Shown one piece after another: positions 14,107-22,805 of a DNA stretch of 52,451 nucleotides. Source of the stretch: Octopus bimaculoides (taxonomy: Eukaryota); the NCBI RefSeq assembly GCF_001194135.2, contig NC_068983.1, positions 153,761,352 to 153,813,802 on the forward strand, in the 5' to 3' direction. The notes under the pieces are model-generated. The model was given only the letters and a program-made list of their open reading frames with translations, made no database searches and was not told the origin of the DNA. The translations under genes were made by a program, and so were the position numbers. How positions within the stretch are numbered: the stretch's first letter is position 1; the number at the start of each line of letters is the position of its first letter.

Positions 14107-14188
<82 letters not shown>

Positions 14189-14433
14189 TCTCTCTCTATC
14201 TCTCTCTCCCCTCTCTCTCTCTCTCTGTTTCTTTCTCCTTTTTCCTCTCTCTCTCTCCCTCCATCCCCCTCTATTTCTCTCTCTGTATATAACTATATAT
14301 ATGCACACATGCACACGTAGATATGTGTATGGGTATGCGCATATGTATTGTGTGTAAGGGTGTGTGTGTGTGTGTGTGCATTGTGTTCATGCGTATGTGT
14401 GTGTGCATTGTGTTTGTGCGTATGTGTGAGTGC

Positions 14434-14480
<47 letters not shown>
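14107..14480. repeat. (CT)n and (TG)n microsatellites
   Basis: Direct reading. Confidence 0.95.
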
Positions 14481-15564
14481 ACGACACAGCGTAAATCAAA
14501 ACTGAAATTAGGCTGAATAACGTGGGTTAATTATGTAAATGCGAATGCCACTGTATGCCTCTGTGTAAGTGTGAGTGCGAGTTTGACGAGTGTGTGTACG
14601 AGTGTGTATGCGAGTGTGTGTGTGTGCGCGTGAAGCCTCATTAGTTGAAGACTACGAAATATAACATGGTAAGATGAAGAGTTATGAGTGGGTAGAAAGT
14701 AGATTATTGTAGAAAGTATATGAACTGTCAACAGCACAGCGGAACGACTATTATTGTATTGCAAAAAGCAAAAGAAACGGAGATAGTATGCTTATAAGCC
14801 AGAATTTAGATCGTATCTACACCTGCAATTACGAAACAAGTCGGGTGGTGTTTTTCTTTTTTTTTTTTGGTTGTCAGTCTAGAATGAAATTGTGCGACGC
14901 TGTCGCGTCGTTCCATATATTCTAATTTCTTGACAGGTTTGAGTTTTGTTTCGTCAGCAATGTTAGCGGGGCTCAACAATTTTAGTGAGAAGCCAGTCTT
15001 TGGGATGTTGCCTTAAATATCTTCAGGATGTGTGTGCTTTAATTAGTAGAGATTGCTTGTTAGGTGGAATCCAAAACAGGATGGGGCGGTGAATGTTTTC
15101 GGTTATTGATGTCGTGTGCAATAATTGATGCAATTAGACTCTTTAGAATATGTAAGCCTTACATTTTTCTTTTTCTCTTTTTTTCTGTTTTTTCTTATTG
15201 TCTTTATTTATTTATTTATTCTCTCACTGTAATAGCATATGGGACTGTGATGATCCATATTGGAGGTATTTAAGGGTTACCGTCTTCAACTCGGTGCAGA
15301 TTTGGCATATGATATCCAACGATTTATTACACAGAGAGAAAGATTATATGTGTCTATACAAAACGTTCTGAATTAAAAGAAGAAGAAAAAAAAAAGATTA
15401 ATAGTTATCGCCAAGCCAACATGGCAGTCCCAAAATTAGGACGAAAGCTGCCGTGAATTGGCTCCAAGAAGCCATCGCCTCTAGCTAGCTATGTGACACA
15501 CGAAACCTGTGTCCTTTATAACCTTCGAACAGGGGAGGTCAGCAGCTTCCCCCTGCTGGTTTGG

Positions 15565-15615
15565 CATCTGCAGACTAGACTAGTTTCAGGGTGTTGCCCT
15601 TTGTCAATGCAGAGC
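15565..15615 (-). ncRNA. Minimal type I hammerhead ribozyme, U3-A8 core variant
   Basis: Minus strand reads GCUCUGCA-UUGACAA-AGGG caaca CCCU-GAAA-CUAG u CUAG-UC^UGCAGAUGC. Stem I has 6 bp plus 2 bp, stem II is 4 bp and perfect, GAAA is present, stem III is self-complementary, and the GUC triplet predicts cleavage between 15573 and 15572. Confidence 0.82.
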
Positions 15616-15850
15616 AGCCAAGCTCCAGCCAGGCGGCGCTACTGACTGTGTCTGTTCGAAGGTTATTTATCTAAGTTCAGTAGAATCTATCCACTGGTTT
15701 TCAGAAATAGAGTTATTAATATTTCTAAGTCTCCCTAAAGGAGACTACGGCAGCGGTACTGGAAATTAATAGTTATCGCCAAGCCAACATGGCAGTCCCA
15801 AAATTAGGACGAAAGCTGCCGAGAATTAGCTCCAAGAAGCCATCGCCTCT

Positions 15851-15902
15851 GCTCTGCATTGACAAGGGGCAACACACTGAAACTAGTCTAGTCTGCATAT
15901 GC
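15851..15902 (+). ncRNA. Second copy of the same hammerhead with weakened stems I and II
   Basis: GCUCUGCA-UUGACAA-GGGG caaca CACU-GAAA-CUAGUCUAG-UC^UGCAUAUGC. The core is intact, with a G-A mismatch in stem II and a C-U mismatch in stem I. Predicted cut after 15893. Confidence 0.7.
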
Positions 15903-16969
15903 CAAACCAGCAGGGGGAAGCTGCTGACCTCCCCTGTTCGAAGGTTATAAAGGACACAGGTTTCGTGTGTCACATAGCTAGCTAGAAGCGATGGCTTCTT
16001 GGAGCTAATTCACGGCAGCTTTCGTCCTAATTTTGGGACTGCCATGTTGGCTTGGCGATAACTATTAATTTCCAGTGCCACTGCCGTAGTCTCCTTTAGA
16101 GAGACTTAGAAATATTAATAACTCTATTTCTGAAAACCAGTGGATAGATTCCACTGAAATTAGATAAATAACCTTCGAACAGACANNNNNNNNNNNNNNN
16201 NNNNNNNNNNNNNNNNNNNNNNNNNNNNNNNNNNNNNNNNNNNNNNNNNNNNNNNNNNNNNNNNNNNNNNNNNNNNNNNNNNNNNNNNNNNNNNNNNNNN
16301 NNNNNNNNNNNNNNNNNNNNNNNNNNNNNNNNNNNNNNNNNNNNNNNNNNNNNNNNNNNNNNNNNNNNNNNNNNNNNNNNNNNNNNNNNNNNNNNNNNNN
16401 NNNNNNNNNNNNNNNNNNNNNNNNNNNNNNNNNNNNNNNNNNNNNNNNNNNNNNNNNNNNNNNNNNNNNNNNNNNNNNNNNNNNNNNNNNNNNNNNNNNN
16501 NNNNNNNNNNNNNNNNNNNNNNNNNNNNNNNNNNNNNNNNNNNNNNNNNNNNNNNNNNNNNNNNNNNNNNNNNNNNNNNNNNNNNNNNNNNNNNNNNNNN
16601 NNNNNNNNNNNNNNNNNNNNNNNNNNNNNNNNNNNNNNNNNNNNNNNNNNNNNNNNNNNNNNNNNNNNNNNNNNNNNNNNNNNNNNNNNNNNNNNNNNNN
16701 NNNNNNNNNNNNNNNNTATATATATATATATATATATAATGTATGTATGTATGAATGTATATGTAGATGTATGTTAATATCACTTTCTAGATATAAATAT
16801 CATATATATATATATATACAAATATATACATATATATATGTATATATACGTCTATATATAAACATATATATGTATATATACGTCTATATATGTATATATA
16901 TATAGATAGATAAATAAATAGAGATAGATATATACATAAATAAATAAATATATATATATTTAAATGTAC

Positions 16970-17005
<36 letters not shown>

Positions 17006-18091
17006 ATCAGTAAGTGTACACAAATGTATATAAATTTCTCTACGCATACGTAGCTTTATATATTCTAATACATCTATTGATATACTTATGCAGCTATCAG
17101 TTCTTAGCGATACGCACCTACGCAACTACAGTCGTTAAGATGATACATACAGCTAAATTTATAATTCTGATGTATAGATATTCCTTAAATATCATACTAT
17201 CATACATTGCGAAACCAAAAGTAAAAGAAGAAGAGACGGGACAAACATGGTACATCTAACGGACATAAATTCTCTATGCCAGAAATGGTGAAAAGCACTG
17301 TTCTTTGAGAAAGACACTTCAAACAGTTTTCACAATACCATTCATCAAAAAACTTACAAATCACTTGATTGGAAAGCATGATATCGTATACAACTTAATA
17401 AAAATTTGGTATGAAATCTCACGTGAATAACGTCTAGTAAACGGTTCACAGAAAGGAGAAATAAAATAAAAAGACACAGAAATATTTCCAACAGCACACA
17501 CATTGAATGTAGTAAGCAAATATACACCTGAATATATAAGAGCCCAATAACTTACCAACTGAACTGGGTAAAGACTTAATTATTTAAGGTCTAGCATTGC
17601 AAGGTTCTCAACAATAAAAATATTCTACCTTGTCCCACCGGTAGAATATATATCGCTAAAATAAGTAAAATTAATCCTTGATGAAATCATTAGTAGTATA
17701 TACCAATAATCTAAGCTTGTTTTACGATGCCTCATTGTTAATTAACTGCTCACTAATTGTGATAATATGCAACTAAATACGTTTATGCAGCGTACGGTTA
17801 ATTTAGTGATACACCAACATAACCAAGGTCCTGCATTTAAAATAGAACGAGAAGATAATATACATTAAGATAGGTTACAGACTTACATATTCTAAGATAA
17901 AAAAAAAATTCAACATAATTTGACATTGATATGCTCAAGCTTATCTTTACATCCGATAGTATTATTGCCACGCTGCTACACTGATTTTAAGCAGCTAAAG
18001 TACATTATATAATCTACAGCAATCTGTTTTCCCAACACAAGATTCCCATTAAATATTCAAACCTGAAATAATGTTTCAAGCTTCCTTCCAG

Positions 18092-18191
18092 GTTTAATGA
18101 CCGAAATATATATGATCGCTAGTTTTCACCGCCAGAAAGACATTTGCTTCAAGCAAAGATATTTAGAATATTCAATAGATGCAACGTTAAA
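18092..18191 (+). CDS. Candidate 100-bp exon (LMTEIYMIASFHRQKDICFKQRYLEYSIDATL)
   Basis: Acceptor gtttcaagcttccttccAG, donor AA|GTTAGT, open frame. No homology recognised. Confidence 0.25.
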
Positions 18192-18805
18192 GTTAGTTTC
18201 AGAAACATACTTTTCTTTTGCACAATAATAACAATCAGGAAACAATTTTATTTCAACCAATTCAGCATTCTACCTCATAAGCACTTGCATAAACATCACA
18301 AAATAGTTCGCCCGATAATCTATGCTTATAAATCCATAATTAACAGAGTATTTCATTAACGAAAGCAACACAAGCGAAGGCTACTTCAATCTAATAGAGT
18401 ATATTGTCCTTTCAAACTCCAGCATATCAACTCTTTCATCAAGTATAAGATAGCAGATGGTGGAGAAAAAAAAACATACAGATACGCATTCGAGATGGTC
18501 ATTTTGACTCATCTTCATCCCAAGCCTACCCTGACTATTTTTTACACGTACAATACCGTATATTAAATAAAGTACTTTTCAAAAAAGATAACATTAGCAT
18601 CCGGCAGATCACACACTCGAAATTGAACAATAGCATCAGTATTGCCTGTCTAACATACCTTCAACAATTTATCCTTTTCAGTTGCATTAAAACCAAATCT
18701 CTTTGTCTGTAACCTTCCACCCACAACAACCACAACACAGTCCACGGTCAAATTACTGCATTTCATACCGCACGTTTGTAACATATTTTGTTACATATAT
18801 TCGTG

Positions 18806-19826
18806 CACAGGTGTTGGACAAGATAATAGAAACAGCTAGTATCATAATTTTGAAATATCTATAAAACCGTCAAAAGCTTGTTTATTTTTATGTTTTATTG
18901 ATTTATTATTAGTGCTGCTTAATATGTTTTGCTAAAACTTTCAGATAGGGACCATTGGACTCTTAAGTGAATTGTTAGAAAGGATCGGAAAAGTACAGCT
19001 CCCAAAATTATTGCAGAGCTTAAAGACCACCTCGAGAAACCAGTTTCCACAAAAACTGTTCGCCGCGAGCTGCACAAAGTCGGATTTCATGGGAGGGCTA
19101 AAATTAGAAAACCACTACTTTCAAAAATAAACGTTGTAAACCGTTTAGAGTGGAGTAAAAAAAAATACAGAATTGATCCCTAGAGCAGTGGAAGGACGTT
19201 ATTTTCTCGGATGAGTAATCCTTTACCTTATTTCCGACCACCGGCCGAGTATACGTGTGGAGACAGCCAAAAGAAGCATTTGACCCCGAGTGCCTTCTTC
19301 CAACTGTTAAACATGAAGGAAGATCTGTGATGATCTGGAGGGGGGGGCTATGTCTTGAAAAGCCGCTGGCCCAATGGTTTCCCTTCATAGCGGAATTAAT
19401 AGTCAAGACTATTTAAGCATTTTATCTCATCAAATTCATCCCATTCTTGCGGAACTTTTATGGAGGGTAAACGTAATCTTTCAGGATGATAATGCACCAA
19501 TTCACACAGCTAAAGTTGTTACTGAATGGCACGAGGAACATTCTAGTGAAGGTGAACATTTTACCTGGCCACCACAGTCCTTAGAACTCAATATTATCAA
19601 ACATTTATAGCAAAGTTTAGTAAAACAAGTAAGGAGTCGATATCTTCCACTATCATCACTACAAGAACTGGAGACCGTTTTAGCTTAAGAATGGACAAAA
19701 ATTCCTTTGGAAACAATTCAAACTTTCTACGAGTCCATAGCTCACGGAGTTCAAGCTGGAATTACTGCTAAAAAAGAATTCGTATGAAATTTTGAGGTGT
19801 TTCCATTATTTTGTCCAACCACTGTG
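18806..19826 (+). mobile_element. Tc1-family DNA transposon, internally deleted and decayed, with TIRs and D-36-(E) spacing
   Basis: TIRs cacaggtgttggacaagataatagaaaca and tgtttccattattttgtccaaccactgtg, with TA on the right. Transposase pieces: VSTKTVRRELHKVGFHGR..RKPLL, WKDVIFSDE, TGRVYVWR, PTVKHEGRSVMIW, FQDDNAPIHTAKVV...WPPQSLELNIIKHL. Confidence 0.9.
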
Positions 19827-19892
19827 TATATATGCAGCATGCGAGAGTTATTTGAGGACAGACTTGGTAATTTAATATAACAATTGTAGAAA

Positions 19893-20113
19893 TATTAATA
19901 CGTGTAAGTCTCTCTAAAGGAGACTACGGCAGCGGTACGCGGTACTGGATATTAATAGTTATCGTCAAGCTAACATGGTAGTCCAGAAAAATAGAACGAA
20001 TGCTGCCGTTGATTAGCTCAAAGAGGCCGTCGCCTCTCGCTAGCTATGTGACACACGAACCTGTATCCATTATAACCTTCGAAAAGGGGAGGTTATCCGC
20101 TTCCCTTGCTGGT
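19893..20113 (-). mobile_element. Diverged partial copy of the 368-bp hammerhead repeat, truncated shortly before the ribozyme
   Basis: aagtctctctaaaggagactacggcagcggtac...attaatagttatcg..aagc.aacatgg...gctagctatgtgacacacgaa.cctgt..cc.ttataaccttcgaa.aggggagg matches 15727-15850 and 15482-15560. Confidence 0.85.
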
Positions 20114-20200
20114 CTTAGGTAAATAATCCTTTGAACATACTCCAGGAGCTCCAACAAAACCTGTGGTAAAGAGAAAATATTATTGTTGTCGTTGTTGTTT

Positions 20201-20238
<38 letters not shown>

Positions 20239-20258
20239 ATTATTATTATCATTATTAT
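20113..20258 (+). mobile_element. R4/Dong LINE 3' UTR stub followed by a (GTT)n/(ATT)n tail
   Basis: aggtaa...actccaggagctcc.ac...acctgtg.taaaga.aaaata matches 2995-3060. Confidence 0.65.
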
Positions 20259-20261
20259 TGA

Positions 20262-20910
20262 GGGAGAGAGAGCAGCGCATGCCATCAAATGACACAGGGA
20301 TTCAAATATACGAAGCCCAATATACCCATCATGACTACCCGTCTGATAACGATACACTAAGGACATGCATCGCAAACTTATGAGCGCGATAAAGTGATCT
20401 CATATCAAGATTAACAGCATATGACCTTTCAGATGGGACCTAGTTAGAATTTTCCTCAGGTAAGGTAGCCCATCCCACTCAAAAGGTCCCTGCATAAGGG
20501 TTGTTTAAGGATGATAAACGAAACACCCATGGTACCAAAAGTGAATTGTTCAAACCCCAAAATGGCTATGAATCCCCATCTCTACTTCTGCCTGTGATCA
20601 GAGATGCACATACAGTCATTCACTAAGGAACATGCTCAACTGGTTAAGGTCAAGCAACTGACAAGGAAAACTGTGGCATTGAATAGAATGTTTGTTGAAG
20701 CCCATATTTTATACCAAGACAAAACATGTACATGATAATATTTCCAATCAGTTAAGATCGGAAGTCTTGAGAGACAGTGCCTGGTATTGCATCAGGGCAT
20801 TATTGTTGTTGCTGTTGTTTTTGTTGTTGTTATCATTACTATTATTGAGTGAGAGAGCAGTGCATGTCATCGTAGGGAAACGGGGGTGCAACTATGCGAA
20901 ACCCATATAC
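20262..20910. mobile_element. Non-coding interspersed repeat (~550 bp) plus the start of a second copy
   Basis: gagagagcag(c/t)gcatg(c/t)catc occurs at ~20265 and ~20851, each after a trinucleotide run. Recognised from memory as a common octopus repeat; family not assigned. Confidence 0.5.
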
Positions 20911-22329
20911 GCACGGTTTCTGAAACTAGCTCGTCGTGTTGAACAATAATTAAAAAAAAATTATTTCTGATTTACGCAGAAGGCCAGAAATTTTAAGAAA
21001 GAGAGAGTAGTTGATACCATCAACAAAACTACTTGACTAATACTTTCTTTATCGACCCCGGAGGGAGGATAATTAATTTTTTTCTCAGTGAGATTTTCAC
21101 TGAGACCATAAACAGCATGATGAAATGCTTCTGGACAGCGTTTTTCTAATGTTCTAAGCATTCTGCCTGTGCTTTTCGATCAACTAAGCCTTGTAGTCAC
21201 AGTTCAACATTCACCATCATTATCCCGCTGTGGAGTGGGACACTCGACCTGAGAGAGCATTTTGTTAAAGGCCTAATTATTTTAAGGAAATTATATTAAA
21301 ATGTGTACCTTACATTCAATGCATATAGGATACTAAAGTGGAAAGATAACACATCCAAAAATACTTTTAATCAAGTTGTTTTCCTGCACGATTCTGCCAT
21401 GTAACGAAGTGCTAAAATTTTTCTCCAACCCTCTTGACGGACCCCAAACCACCTCGATCGAGATAAATATTATTGATGTTACCAACAAGGTAGCACCGAG
21501 ATCCAAAATTAGTTATAATAACAATTACAATCATCGCAAAAATAATAATATGCATAGATAAGTGATTTGGGTTGTCGTTAAGTCTTCTGAGTTAAGCTGC
21601 CCATTCGCAGATTTTGGCTTTATTTATTATTTTATATTTGTTGTTTTCAAAACCATTAAAATAGGAAGATAACAAAACGAAGACTTATCCTCTTCATCAG
21701 CTTATTCACGGGGAGTGCCAGTTTATGCTCCGACCACCTGTGTGTATTTTATTACATAGCGTGACTTTCTGTTGCATGTCATTGTCACGACATTCCTAAT
21801 TGCAATAACGAGTTATATCACGTCGTCTCAAGGGATTCAAGGATATCACTACCATGACAAGCTGAGGGTGTGATGGTATGTGTAACCCGCCAGGAATGCT
21901 AGAATGAAGGTAGGAATAGTAAAAGGATTGATGATAGATAAGAATGAATTACTCAGTGCTGAGAATAAAGGAATAGAATAAAGCAATAGAATAAAGGAAT
22001 AGAATAAAGGAACAGAAACATAAATAATTATTGGAGAAAATACAAAAAGAAAAATTGAAATAAACATAAATGAAGATCACCCCAAATATCATTAATGATG
22101 CTGAAAAAGAAGCAGGCATTTTTTTTAAACTTAGAAGGCTACATCAATAATGCGATTTGACTTTTGAAAAGTATCTATATCGTGCATATCAATGAAAAAT
22201 GTATTATCTGTACTTTCAAATGCTGAAGCCACTGAAGTGGTGAAAGAATAAAGATATTGCAAATTGGTAGGGAAATAAAGATATACATTGCTAATTGATG
22301 CAATAAACTGACTACGTTGATTGTGACTG

Positions 22330-22560
22330 ACGAATGGATACCTGAGACGACTAACTGAATTAATCAGGGACAATGCATTAAAGCAAATCATATAAAGATT
22401 GATAAAACTCAGTCTGACGAGGAACTCACATTAAGAGAAGAGACTAATTCTTTTCGAAGTGAATGTACTAAGGTATTACAAAAGAAAGAATGGCTCCCGC
22501 GGCAAAATTAGTATATTGTGATGTTAGCCAAGTTTGTGAAATGATGTCCAAGACGCTGGG
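22330..22560 (+). mobile_element. Degenerate R4/Dong LINE C-terminal fragment
   Basis: ANHI.KIDKTQSD...EET..F.SECTK..QK resembles TNYIKAKIDKTQSDSKCRLC..EETINHIVSECTKLAQK. Confidence 0.4.
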
Positions 22561-22805
22561 ATGGTGAAAAGTGATTGATTTTAAAGGAATTTTTCATAGA
22601 GACAGATTGTAAAATTGATGCAAGCAGGGTAATCATAATCGTATAGAATTGAAGGAATAAAGAGTGTAAGATTATTGACTTTGCAGTCCGATAGAGTATC
22701 AGATTGGAAATTGAGAATATTGAGAAATATCATGATCTGGTCAATAACAAATAAATAAAATGATGATACCATGTAGCAAAAAGTAAGAAATTAATTCACT
22801 GATAA

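Larger units (their letters stand above)
15397..16185. mobile_element. 368-bp hammerhead-bearing repeat (candidate non-LTR retrozyme): ~1.2 tandem units (15397-15850) joined head-to-head to an inverted ~0.9 unit (15851-16185)
   Basis: attaatagttatcgccaagcc recurs at 15397 and 15765 (period 368). 15851-16185 is the reverse complement of unit segments, with about ten substitutions. Each arm contains a hammerhead core. No coding potential seen. Confidence 0.8.

Noticed and set aside
15934-16182. 15-bp inverted repeats suggesting a 250-bp MITE
   Set aside because: There is no TSD, and both repeats are internal to the 368-bp unit whose homology extends beyond them. They are better read as an RNA helix.
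15397-16185. CRISPR-like or simple satellite interpretation of the repeat
   Set aside because: There is no short repeat/unique spacer alternation and no cas genes, the context is eukaryotic, and the ribozyme plus dispersed copy argue against a plain satellite.
21660-21700. Minus-strand CUGAUGA followed by a short AGA/UCU stem
   Set aside because: No GAAA or stem III follows (it reads CGUUUU), so it is not a hammerhead.
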